Source: Oopsacas minuta
Taxonomy: Eukaryota; Animalia; Porifera
Assembly (NCBI GenBank): GCA_024704765.1
Contig: JAKMXF010000122.1
Span: 310,001 to 374,000 of the forward strand
Direction: 5' to 3'
DNA: 64,000 nt
A program made the position numbers and the translations under genes. Of this stretch, positions 41,482 to 54,000 are shown piece after piece. Positions within the stretch are counted from its first letter, which is position 1. Every line of letters starts with the position of its first letter. The notes beneath the pieces are model-generated. The model did no database searches. It was not told the origin of the DNA and was given only the letters and a program-made list of their open reading frames with translations.

Positions 41482-44400
41482 TAACTGAAATAGCGCATTT
41501 ACACTATGAGATTGTCAGCTCAGCCATTGGGAAATTGTGAATTTGTAATTTCGTAGATTTGACTCCACCTACTTTTTGCAATTTTGGCATAAAATGGTCA
41601 CACGATCCGAAAACTTAGTACCAAAGTAGAATTAAGCATTTAGCTGAGATGAAATTCGGACAATTTCTAGAAACTAAACATACTAACTGCTGTTTGGATA
41701 ATCGATCTAAGATGGATGACGCAATATAGGTGTTTCGCTCTGCTGTTCATACCTTCAGAGATTAAGGCACCAATTTTGGCATGTGTACTCGTAGTTATAT
41801 CTAGTTGGCACCTGATGTTTAAAAATTTCTAAGTGATTATTTCACACCTTTCTGCCATATAATTCCATAATAATGCTAGAATTTTCGTTGTAACAGATTG
41901 TATGGGGTAGCCAATGATGCAGTTTTCTGTTTTGCATTTTCAAATCTCTCACTCAATAACAGGAGAATGTCGTTTGAGGGGGCTATAAACCCCGAAAATA
42001 GCACAAACAAATAACCTTGAGCTGTACTACCAGCATGTCGACTGGATATTTTGGAATTTCTTCACTTTACTTGATAGGTGAGGAGTTGCGTTATATTTCA
42101 GAAATTTGGAGATGTTAATTTTGTTAAATTAAGTACCCAAATATCTAATGCTGTTATATCATACTCTCAATGACTATATTGATGTAATTGAGTACCTAGG
42201 AATTTGTGTAATTCATATGTAAATGTAAGACGAAATTCTCAGTATGTTGTTAAAGTACATTTTTCGGGTTAAAGATACTCTATCACCTCAGCAGAGTCGT
42301 TGGAGTTTGTTAGTAGCAAAATTTGATTTTGTGTACTTAATTTAACAAATTTTATATTGAATTCATAACTAATATGTTCTTTTTGTATTATGATAATATG
42401 ACTATCAGCTCACAAAAATTATTGAAGGTAAGATTTCATTTCAAAATAATTTGTGGTTTCATTTCTCTTGATATTTAAATATTCACAATATGTTGTTTGC
42501 AATGAGATATTCTCCGTATATAATTGTAAATGATGATTCTTAATCAAATATATACTTCATCTACATATTCTACAATATTCAAACAGAAATTCGCAAAATT
42601 ATGCTCACTAAATTGTATTAGTACTCGTCTAATCTATTACCTCAGTAATGTTATTTAAGGTATGATTTTGATGATAATATATATTTTATGCACTGTATCG
42701 ATCAAATGTCATCAGAAATTGATAACTTGATATTTACAATACCATAATATGTATCTCAAATGTCATATATGTGAACTTGTTGTAGCAATTTTAAACAGAA
42801 ATTCACGATATATTGTTTACTATACAATATTGGACTCATAATAACCGAGTGCCACTAAATCCGGGCAAGTTCACAAGTGTCTGATAATGTCAATTCCTTT
42901 GTCACCATATCTTTATGTTGGTTGATATTTAAGTATACACTACTTGGCAACTTTTCATAAGAAATTATTGTCGAGACTGGTGTACTTCGAAAAATGGAGA
43001 CCTAATCATAGATGCAGAGAAGAGACATAGGGGTAGGCAAATCAATTATAATGGCGTAAAACAGAAGAGGTAAGGAACGAGTCATTTGAAAGCATGAACA
43101 TCTGGCTTGTAAAGACTAGTCAGAGGAGAAAGTATTAAACTTGGGAAGAAATGAGTACAGAATATTTGTCCTAAAATATAGCAAGTAACAGGGAGTGAAT
43201 GGGGCTACTCAAGATGTAGATAGTACATATAGGAGATGTAAGGACTGTGACACATCACCAGAGGCTCATCAATTGATTCAAATCCATAACCAGCCCAGAA
43301 TACCTTTCCAAAAGTAAAGGAGATAAAGGGAAGTCAATTAGGAGACCTATGAAGATGTTTGTACACTTGGGAGATCTACAGGGTGTATCATATGTTTTGA
43401 TGGTGTATAAATTCATAATGTTTAAAGTTTTTTTACCAGACCACAATATAATATTGAATTCGATTTGCCTTACACTTAACTACTAAGTATAGGTACTACA
43501 ATACACTTCTGTATGAATACATTCGCTTTGATTTGTATTTTTAGCTCATTATTTGCATTTCTTTTATATTTTTGGGATGTGAATGTCAAAGATCTTGGTT
43601 GTTCATTCGCCTGGAAGCAATTGTTATGTTGAAAACTGGAATTGAGCAGAAGATTGTAGCTTCGAGGCTAGGTGTCGGTTTGAGGTCGATACAAAGGTGG
43701 TGTCATAACGAGAAACATGGAAAAAGACCAAAGTTCTGAACTCCGTTCTGGTAGGATTCCAATCATACAAAGCTCTGCAAGATAGTCATCTCAAAATCTC
43801 TAGGGGAGAGGGGGAAGTCGACACGTAAACCTGTACGTATTCTCAATGGTAAGGGATATTCTATCTCGCATTCAAGTATATATCGTTAATTGACCAATTC
43901 TTTGGAGTCCAGTCATTCAAACGCCCTAAAATACCTCAATTGACACAGAAAATGAAGGATAAAAGCCTCCAGTTCGCTATAAGTCACATAAATTGGACAA
44001 TTAGTGCCTGGAAATAGGTGTCGTGGATGAATTATCTTTCCAAGTATTCTCAATGCCAAATCGTCAAAACGATCGTATTGGGCTCGGAATTCAAATATCA
44101 TTGAACCTATCATTCAGACCAAATTTCCCACAAATCAATGTCTGAGGGTATGATGTCCCACAGAGCTCTCTCAGAATTCCACATCATTCCTCCGAAACAA
44201 ACGATAAATGGAGCCTACTATCGGATAATATCTTAGCCAAGACTTGTAGTTATTCAACAAACAGAACTGCAAATGCAGGCTCTATTCTGGAGAGATCAAT
44301 GCTTGCCGACATGTCTGATTTTCTATTCATGCAGGATGGTGTCCCTCCTCACACTGCGAACTTGACACAAGATGGTGTGTAGAACACTTCCTCAATTTTG

Positions 44401-46328
44401 GAGGAAGGTTGAGTCGCCGGGTAACTCGCCAGATTTAAACCCGCTTGAAAACTTCTGGTCAATATTGAAAAATATCGTGTTGGACAAATGGTAAATGCTA
44501 CTAAGCTGGAAGACTTAATTCTACAAGTAAAATCCGCATGGGGTGACATAGACCCTGATATTCTAGAAATTTTAATTTGTAGTATGCCAGGTAGGATACA
44601 ACTTGTATTAGATAGGAATGGTGGTTATATTTGGCGAATAATTGGAACAAGTATTCGATTACGGATAATTCTACAGTAGAACCTCCGAGATCCGGAGAGT
44701 GTCCGGATCTCGGAATTTCATCTAGTATCACATGCCGAAACGGTCAAGCCTACAAAATTTCAACTCTCTGAGATGCGGACATTGTACATTTTTACCATAT
44801 ATTTTTATCCTTATTTATTCCTCCTATTGCCCTGACTTCCGATCCCTTATCTACACCTAATAATAGTACGTTTATGAAATATATTGTTCCCTATTAAGAT
44901 AATGGCGACTACATGTGTATCATCAAAGAAAAGGAAACATCATGCAGTTAGTCTCGAGTTAAAGCTGAGTATTATAGCAGAACTACAGGAAGGTCAAATC
45001 GCAGAGGTTAGTTTCAGATATTTTCATGTATCGAGGTCGACAGTAAATGATATCTGGAGACAGAGAAAAGATTGACAGTATCTAACGTGTTGCGATAATC
45101 CCACTGTCGTTAAGAAGCGCTGCATAATAAGGCAAGTTCACTTCCCAGAGCTTGATAAAGCATGCCATATTTGGTTTTTACAACAGCGGTCTAAGGGTGC
45201 TCATAATTCAGGTCCTCTTCTACAAGAGAAGTCTTTATAATTATTTCCAAAATTTGTCCTCAAAGCGATCTGGGTGAATTCTGTGCGAGCCCCGGTTGGC
45301 TCCAAAAATTTGTCATCCCCATGGCATAAGTTCAGTTACACTCCAGTGAGAGGCGCTCCAGCAGACATCTCTGTTGTCGAACCTAATCGAAAGGAACTGC
45401 TGAGTGTGACAGAAAAAGGAGGGTACACTCGAGATTACATATTCAATGCCGACGAGACAGGGCTTAGGTGGAAATCAATGACATCAAAGTCTCTCGTTTC
45501 CGGTGGTGAAATAAATTTTAAGAACTTCAAACAGTCTAAAGACAGAGTGACTTTACTTGCTTGCGCTAATGCTTCTAGGTCTGTCAAATCCCGCTGGGCT
45601 TCATGCATAAGAGTGCCAGGGCTGGTTGCTTCAAAAACACTAATATGGAATGTCTTCCAGTTAGTTATTTTGTACAAAAAAATATTGGATGGATGCCAAT
45701 GTGGTTCAACTTTGGTTTCAACTAAAATTCCTACCTTGCGTAAAACAATTCTGTAAGAAAGTATCCATTGATTATAAGGCACTCTTATTATTGGACAATA
45801 CACCACACACCCTTCAGTTGAAAAACATAATTCAGAAGATGGAAGAGTAGTAGCAATGTTTTTACTAGCGAACACCACTTCAATCATTCAATACATCGAT
45901 CAGGGCATCCTGGAGACAATGAAACGACGTTACAAGAAGCGCCTAGTACGCCATTTAATCCTTGAGGAGCGTACATTAGCATTATCCATACCTGAAATCC
46001 TGAAACTAGTAACGATCAGAGATGCAGTGTACTGGGCAGCCCAAAGTTGGGATGATGCAACCACAGAAAATTATCAGCGGGTTGGAATAAATTATTTCCA
46101 CTTTCCGATTGCTCTTTAGAGGCAGTAGATAGCACATCCTCACCAAATAATGAATTGGGGGAATTCACAGATTTATTTTGGAAATGGGCTCTTCAGTGGT
46201 TGATGAAAATCGGCAGCAATCACAGGAGTGGCTTGATGAAGATGACGATCCAGGATACCAACTTTTGGACGATGAAGAAATTTTCTCAGAAGTTTTAGCT
46301 ACGAATACTGATGTTGAAGAAGACACTA

Positions 46329-49300
46329 CACAGTGGCTTAGTAGTAGAGAATTAAGAAATTTTTTATAGTAATGCTTTCATTTCTTTATGTTTTCTTTCT
46401 GTTTCTAAACATTCAAGTAGCATCCATTCCAATTTTCGAATCATTTGGTAGCCCATTAGTTATGTAAATTTGAATCGAAACTGTGTGGTTTTTGATGTTG
46501 AAATTATCGTTTCGGAGAATTCAAAATATAAAAGATTTTCACAAAGATTCTGATTCTTTATAGAATGTATTAGCGATCTATTGTTTCATCTATTCTAGAC
46601 AATTGTGCATGCTGATTTCTAATTTTGTATCAGATATATTCTAAACTGTGTACTTTGCATGTGAAGGGTTGTTGTACTCAGGGTAAAAAAATGAATGCCA
46701 TTTTTCCATCAATAAAATTTTGAAAGTGTCTGAAAAAAAAGTCAAGGAACGTCAAAGCGAAAATAATACCAGTTGTTGTTTACAATTTATGCTATGTTAT
46801 ATGAAGATGACAGGCCCCGAAACAATGTGCAACTTTGATTTTTTGGTCACATTCCATCGTCTGTAATCGTTGCTATGGAAATTCCTAAAGTGATATCTGT
46901 AACTATGTAATTGAATACCCGTCTAATTCTAATTCTTCTTGGAAATTACTGCACAAAATTAAACATATAACGTGTATATATACGTGTACTTATGTTTTCA
47001 ATCATACACCTTTATTTTCTCATAGATAGTTTATCCGTGATCAATGGCCGAACCAATTACTCCGATGACTTCCCCCCGAATCCCGTCTCGATTTAGCGAG
47101 AATCCTGAAAGCAAATGGCAATTGCGTCCAAACAACTCTCTGTTATCATAGCGATCTCCATGGATTAGACGATGCCAAGCAGGCTAAACTTGAATTGATT
47201 CTACGTGGAATACGAGATGTGATTAGAACTTCAAAAAAATCACTTGAATCTTTGCATGGAGATTGGTGGCATTCTGAAATTTGCTCAGAATTATTTATAG
47301 CTTCACAAGCCCCCCAAAAAACTAAGTTGGTGCGCCAAAAGAAAGAACTTATCAATCTTTCATTGCAACATCAGCGTTCCGCGGATCTCTAGTGTCCTTG
47401 AGTCTATCAGATCCATCTCGGTAATCGAAAAAACTTCTGAAATTACAATTGCAGCTCTTGCTTTGCAATTGTTGTGCAATGAAGAAGACAATCGAGAAGT
47501 TGCAAGGGTATCTAAATCAATTGTGCAGGGAAAATTCTCTGGTCAATTCGGGCGTGCATCTAAAAGCAAAGAATTGGATGTGGACAAGGCATTATTTCTT
47601 TTGGATCTACTAGAGATTGGCAAGAGGAAGTATACTCTACTACGACAACTTTTGTCATCTAATGAAATTCACTTTCCTACATATCAGAGGGTGGCCGATC
47701 ATAGAAATAATTTAGTACTACGAAGTATGATTCAACTATTCCCGAATCCTACAGCCCCAGTTGGTGTGTGTGTGTGTGCCATACGCTCAATTTGTCTACC
47801 ATACATTTTGTAGAATTATGCCCACTCTACCATCCCCTTCAAATGAGGATTTTCCTCTTCGATTTCAGATTGCTGATGGCTTAGATAGATCTGGAAAGCA
47901 TACCGTATATAATCAACCAAATACGAATACGTCTACCAAATCATTCATCTTATTTTGCTTCAAAGCAATACACATTGTCAATTCTAGTGGAAAGGAACTT
48001 TGGAAAAACAACTGCCCGAATTCTCCATTCTCCCAACGTCCAATTTTCCTTCTTGCTGCCACAGAAAATCATGACAATATTCACCAATTTATGAAAGATA
48101 TCATCAATCCCGAAACTGATCAAATGAAGGACCAAGATTTCTATTTTGCCGATGATAAACATATATTTGTCGATGTTGTCCGATCAATGTTTGATGGTAA
48201 AATGGCAAGTATTCTCTCAGGAGCAGGAGGTGCGAGTTGCCAACTATGTACTACAACGCAGAAAGAACTAAAAGATCGTGATTTAATTTTGCAAGGCTAT
48301 CCCATCAATAGAAACATTTCAGACGCAATTCAAATATTTGGAGAACTGGAAGACATTGATGCTTTCTTTTCATCACCAACAAATCAAAGATTTAACCTGA
48401 CTCACCAACCATTATCAACAATAGATATTCTACCTACTTCTCCCTCACATTCCTATACGTGCATTTTTAGATGGTTTAATTTACTTGTGTACCAGCTGAA
48501 TTGTAATAAGCTCACATGGTCACCATCATCAAAAGAAATTAAAGACTCCGTGGTGGATGTGCGAACCATAGTTCAAGAAGTAACAGGTCTAAGAATTGAC
48601 CAACCAGACCCCAAAGGAGGTACTACTTCCACTGGTGGTGTGGCTCGAAGAGCTTGTTCAAATGACTCCAAGTTTATTGAATGCGCAATGTCTTTGGTTA
48701 AGATTGATCATAGGGACTCACTTTGTAAATTGCACACACAATTATCTGTCATTCTGAGAATCATAAATTCAGACAGAAAATCAATACCGAAAAATTGGGC
48801 AACCTTTGTACAGACACCTATCTCCTTATTCTTCAATCCTTTCCCTGGGTGAACATTACACCGACTTTACATAAATTACTAGCCCATTCTGAAGAAATAC
48901 TGAGAGAGATTAACTTTGGGTATGGATTGAAATGCTTTAGCGAAGAAGGATCCGAAGCCTGCGACAAATTAATCAGGAAATATAGGGAACATGTAGCAAG
49001 GAAAACTTCCTTCGAGGATAATGTCATTGATATATTTGTCAGACTCTCATCTGAAAGCGATCCTGTGTTAATGAAATATCGATCGACAGTGGTGTGCGAA
49101 AAGTGCGGAGAACACGGTCATACCCGAAGAGCTAAGTGCTGTAGAGATAATGCAACAGATTTATTGGAATCATCTATTGATAATATCGTCAAGGACCTTA
49201 TTATTGATACGATATTGTAACAACGTAGTTTGCTGAATGTTAGTGAGTAAATAATACAATAAAACATCCCTTAATATTAGTGTTTATTGTTTTTATCCAG

Positions 49301-49709
49301 AAATTGTTAGAATTGATATATATATTAGCAAAAAAAGATATGAATTTTTTCTAAAAACGCATTTAGAAGTATGAAGTACAAAAGCAAAATTGTATATGAC
49401 GCCATTTTATAAAAATTATGAATAATTTTGTATTTCTAACAGTTATAATTGCTTCCATGGATATGATATACTATACCCAAATAATGCAATTTATAGGGCT
49501 AACATTGTTATACAATCAGATATTAAAGAAAAACAAAATTCAGCATAAAGCTATGACGTCAGAACATGATATATAGAAACCTTATAAAATTTTTGAATGC
49601 ACCAAATGATTCCTAGCATATGATAACCTATATGCTAATAATACATTACATATGTCTATTTCAAATGAAAATACCCATTCTTTACTAACTCCCATTTTAA
49701 GCCACTGTG
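46329..49709 (+). mobile_element. Transib/RAG1-like transposon #1, 3381 bp, RSS-heptamer ends
   Basis: Both ends read CACAGTGGCTTA (12-bp perfect TIR). 5-bp TSD CACTA at 46324-46328 and 49710-49714. Confidence 0.93.
47043..49220 (+). pseudogene. RAG1-core-like transposase, about 4 frameshifts
   Basis: NBD-like KKELINLSLQHQR..., ADGLDRSG (D600-equivalent), PNSPFSQRP, MFDGK (D708), CQLC, TPTLHKLLAH (Zn His pair), SEEGSEACDK (E962) and a C-terminal CEKCGEHGHTRRAKCC. Confidence 0.9.
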
Positions 49710-50949
49710 CACTACTGATCCTAGACCTTGTGTAACCCCAGTATAAGCATGTGAAACCCTGGAAATCGTGTTAGAATGGCTGGAGTCCCAAGGGGATACC
49801 CAGATGGAACATTTGCTTCTAGTAAAGAAATGGCGAAACAGCGCTGCTGAAAAACGAGTAATAACTACTAAACAGATATTATTATTGTCTCTTTTTAGTT
49901 AATATGTTTTGTGTTATTTGTGTGATTTGTGCTGAATATTTCACCAATAATATTATTTGGTAGAAAATCATGTCCGGTCTAGGGTGTCCGGATCTCGAAG
50001 GTTTTACTGTATTTACATTTTATTGACCCGCCATGACAAATGATACACCCTGTAAGCAGGCGTGTAGTGTCTAGAGAGCGGAAGTGAGCGGCGTTCCCGA
50101 CTACAAAATCAAAAAGAAGAGGCATTCCCTCACTTTAACCCGATTATTATTCTATATTATTATACAGGTAGATTAAGTTTTTCCGAAGTTGCCCTTCTTT
50201 CGTACTCTAGTCAACACCTCTTATTGGGATAACATCGGTACTAGGCCATTTCGAATCAATTAAGTGAATTTACGTGTAGGCCTGATCTCGGAAATATTTA
50301 ACATAGCACTGCACTGTTTTGGCCAAGTGATACTATCAACTACGTGACAATTTGGCATATTTTGACTATTTTAACAACGCTGCAATTGGGGTTACTATAT
50401 TGCCTCTCAATAATAAATGGACCCTTTACTTGCAGTCATGTGAAATTCCTTAGAAGAGTATTTGATAATTCTTCAACTTATTCAGGGAAGTGGCAAAGAG
50501 TAATAAAAGGGACCTAGAATTCAATACTGACGCTTTTAGTTTAATATTAAAGTAGAATCGTTTCGCAAGAATGGATTGCAGAGTCGACGGTTTTATAATG
50601 TACTGAAAGAATTTTTAATACTTTCTCTTAGTCAAATTTTACAAACCCATTACTTATTGCTGTTAGGTATAATTTTGACCAATTAATATTTATCTAATAC
50701 TCACCAATGGCATCTCTGGAAGAATCTATTTATCAATCTCCTCCTACAAAGCGCTTTCTAAGAACTCTAGAAGAGTATTTCACATAATTTCAATCAATTC
50801 ACCATCTAAGAAGCTTATTGATTGAAGTAAGCTCTCACAGCACTGAGACTAGGCCTGCTATCAATACGGCAGTCTCTTCTAACAGTGCTTTTGGCAAGAT
50901 CAGAATTCCCGATATGTAGGAAAGTAAAAAGAAAGAGTACCCATGGTTA

Positions 50950-51670
50950 TTTTGCAAAGATAGCACTCTGGGGTGTTTAATATGCCAAAAAGAGCCTTGG
51001 CTATCCTTGCATAAGAGCAGAGGTATTTATATCACTACAGAATGGTTTTAAGGTCTTATTAACTATTATGGTAATTGACAAGAAGCAAGATTGAAATCAT
51101 TACGTAAGAAAATAGTTTGACCCTAAACTTCTCACGCCCACACTATTGCGAAAGAAATTATTCAATGTGCAGAAAAGTCCTGTATTCGACCCACATATAT
51201 AATATGAAACATTTAGAATTAGAGGACACTAGAATCATTTTGAGTCTTGCCAAGAATTATCGACCGCATACAGATCATCCCGAATTAGTTGAGCTACGAC
51301 AGTTGAATGGCACTGATCTTGTGGTAGGTCTTCATTCCCGCTATTTTGCATCAGAATTCATTGATCACATAAAGTTCGAAATGAGACTTAAGAATGTTAC
51401 TGTATACAGGAAATCGGGTACAATAGCGTTAATCACTGATAATCAACTAGCATATCAATTATTTCTACACTAGTAGTTCATCTCAAGTGGGAAACTTCGA
51501 AGCTAGAAGTACGCAATTCACGTTTTGGATTTCATTTAACTTGCAAAACAGGATGCTTCGACTATGGTGGGTATTTTACTGAATCGTATGGAGAGTTACT
51601 GGTTGAATAAGCATTATCTTACCCAAAATTTAATCAGATATGCTTCTGAAGGTGCAAGCGTTATGCCTAG
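50950..51670 (+). pseudogene. Decayed hAT transposase of the KIAA1586/ZNF862-like type
   Basis: Motifs LGCLICQK, SLRKKI..SHAH, LAKNYRPHTDHPELVELRQLNGTDLVVGLHSR and LIRYASEGASVM. Confidence 0.65.
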
Positions 51671-51699
51671 CTGATATAGTGGGGTACGACCACAATTAA

Positions 51700-52732
51700 C
51701 AATAAAACAACTAAATGTGATTTATATACAGTCAGTTTCAAAATTCCACAGATAGAATTTAGAAAGTACACTAAACAAGGTATAATGACTAAATATAAAA
51801 CATCACAACATAATACACAATGTATACTGCAAATAATAGAATTCAACTCAGTTTGATTAGTAACCAAAATGAAGATGATAGCTGAACCATGTGTTATATT
51901 TACAGTCAGTTTCAATATTCTACACATAGAATTTGGAAAGTACACTAAACAAAGTATTGTGACCCAATATCAAATATCACAACAGATTGCACAGTATGTA
52001 CTGCAAATCATAGTATTTAACTCAGGTTGACTAGTAACAGAACATACGCTGTTAGCTGAACCATGTGTTATATTTACAGTCAGTTTCAATATTCTACACA
52101 TAGAATTTGGAAAGTACACTAAACAAAGTATTGTGACTCGATATCAATTATCACAGCAGATTACACTTTGTATACTGTAAATCATAGTATTTAACTCAGT
52201 TTGATTAGTAACAGAACTTACGCTGTTAGCTGAACCATGTGTTTTATTTACAGTCAGTTTCAATATTCTACACATAGAATTTGGAAAGTACACTAAACAA
52301 AGTATTGTGACTCCATATCAATTATCACAACAGATTACCGAATATATAGTGCAAATCATAGTATTTAACTCAGTTTGATTAGTAGCAGAACTTACGCTGT
52401 TAGCTGAACCATGTGTTATATTTACAGTCAGTTTCAATATTCTACACATAGAATTTGGAAAGTACACTAAACAAAGTATTGTGACTCCATATCAATTATC
52501 ACAGAAGATTACACTTTGTATACTGTGAATCATAGTATTTAACTCAGTTTGATTAGTAACAGAACTTACGCTGTTAGCTGAACCATGTGTTTTATTTACA
52601 GTCAGTTTCAATATTCTACACATAGAATTTGGAAAGTACACTAAACAAAGTATTGTTACTCGATATCAATTATCACAGCAGATTACACTTTGTATACTGT
52701 AAATCATACTATTTAACTCAGTTTGATTAGTA
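51700..52732 (+). repeat. Homogeneous 174-bp tandem array (~6 copies, 3 x 58-bp subunits), truncated at the assembly N
   Basis: GCTGAACCATG at 51881, 52055, 52229, 52403 and 52577 gives an exact 174-bp period. Internal TCAGTTT / TCCATAT anchors sit at unit offsets 26, 84 and 142. Confidence 0.95.
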
Positions 52733-52733
52733 N
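52733..52733. other. Single N: scaffold/contig join
   Basis: The N separates the tandem array from a truncated transposase. Confidence 0.9.
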
Positions 52734-54000
52734 TTCACCAGTTGCTCGGCTGTCCCATAGACATAGGAAACAACAATACTTTGTAAAACCTTGTTGCAAG
52801 CCCATCAATAGCCCGATTATCTTAAGATCACCGCAGATATTCCATATATGTGTTCTATACTGTATTGCCTCCAAAACTTCCTGCAAATTGACGAAGGTTT
52901 CTTTGAGATAGACGGAGTGAGCAATTGGAACGCCAGGCTTTAGATTTCCGTTATGCAACAGAACAGCATTCAAACTGCGTTTTGACGAGTCGATGAAGAG
53001 GCGCCAATCAGAGGAAGAATGTTCTTGTAATAGGTTTGCATAGAGTCCTTCGATATCATTACAATAGCACAGTGGACCATCAGTGGTGTAGTATTGAGCG
53101 AGATCGAAATTTCGCTTGCGATAGTGGGATACTAGGACATCTTTGTCGAGTAGGTTTTTCTGTTTGAGCCTGGATGCAAGGAGTTCAGCTTTGTCTTTAG
53201 ATAAGTCTAGATTCCTGACCAGGTCATTCAATTCTCCCTGTGTAAATGTTTGTGGCTCTACTAATTCATCTTCCGGGACATAATTAGCATCTGTAGAATC
53301 TGCATGAACATCTTCCACCATATCAGAAACGATCTTAATTTGCTGTGGTTTGGGAATTGGGATTGGTAATCAGATGTCGTGTGGAATTGGCCTGCGAGCA
53401 GAATCCAAGTCTGGGTAAACAAGAGCGTGCTTATTCTTGGCTGAGAATCCTGTAATGTCGATAAGGCAAAAGTAACAATCATCAAGGTGATCTTTCTGTT
53501 CCCTCCAGACCATGGGTATTGCAAATGGCATTGAAACTTTCCTTTTGTTCAACCAATCACGTAGTCCACTTGAATAAGAAGTGCATATAACATGTGGTGC
53601 CCACGACTTGTCTTGGTCACCAAGTGGACATTCGAAGTACAATTTGTATATATTCTTTAATTGATTTGTGATTGGTCGTCTTTGTGATTTTACGCAAAAA
53701 GACCACAAACGTAACAGAAATTGTCGGGATGAGTTCTTCAATTACGATGCATGTTTATAATTTGATTCTGCTTGAATTCAAATAAGTAAGGTCATTTATA
53801 TTCCAGATAATTGAATCAAAATAGGCATGCTCATATAGCAATTTAGTAACTAGGTAATACTGTCTATTGAAAAATGAATATTGGATTTCAGAATAACTAG
53901 ACGTGCTAGAGAAATTCTGATTGCAGATTCGAGTTCAGCATTCAAAAGTAAGCTAAGATAAATGTATATGATCTCTGATGAGAAATCTTGTTGAGTTGTG
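52734..54000 (-). mobile_element. Chapaev3-like (CMC) transposon, 5' part, truncated at the gap
   Basis: Probable terminus CACAAC at 54000. Motifs HPDNFCYVCG, GDQDKSWAPHVIC, PMVWREQKDHLDDCYFC, ELNDLVRNLDLSKDKAELLASRL, WRLFIDSSKRSL and ICGDLK...CCFLCLWDSRA. Confidence 0.75.

Larger units (their letters stand above)
44674..50009 (+). mobile_element. pogo/Tigger element (~1950 bp when emptied), decayed transposase ~44901-46330
   Basis: 23-bp TIR CAGTA(G/A)AACCT(C/T)CGAGATCCGGA and TA TSD. Psq-HTH KKRKHHAVSLELKL, IFNADETGL, LLLDN and QYIDQGILETMKRRYKK. Confidence 0.9.
43379..50052 (+). mobile_element. Tc1-like DD37E element (~1336 bp when emptied), outer host of a triple nest
   Basis: TIR CAGGGTGTATCAT(A/T)TG at both ends and TA TSD. 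Decayed MQDG..PH...NSPDLNPLE at 44330-44460, split at TA 44672/50010. Confidence 0.88.

Noticed and set aside
47043-49220. Programmed frameshifting producing an active RAG1-like protein
   Set aside because: Several independent lesions are present, including a GT-microsatellite slip at ~47765, an A-run deletion at ~48780 and G>R next to the first catalytic Asp, which indicates decay. Some homopolymer indels could be sequencing errors and should be checked in reads.
46329-49709. Canonical RSS nonamer at 12/23 spacing
   Set aside because: The sequences at 12 and 23 nt after the heptamers (AGAATTAAG, ATTTTTTAT; AGTTAGTAA, AATGGGTAT) do not match ACAAAAACC.
51700-52732. CRISPR array or tandem coding repeat (174 bp is divisible by 3)
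   Set aside because: Units are contiguous with no unique spacers and there are no cas genes. The frame I translated hits a stop within the unit, and the ORF track shows no ORF spanning the array.
52700-52760. Chapaev element physically fused to the 174-bp array
   Set aside because: The junction is an N, so the adjacency is an assembly product and cannot be interpreted.
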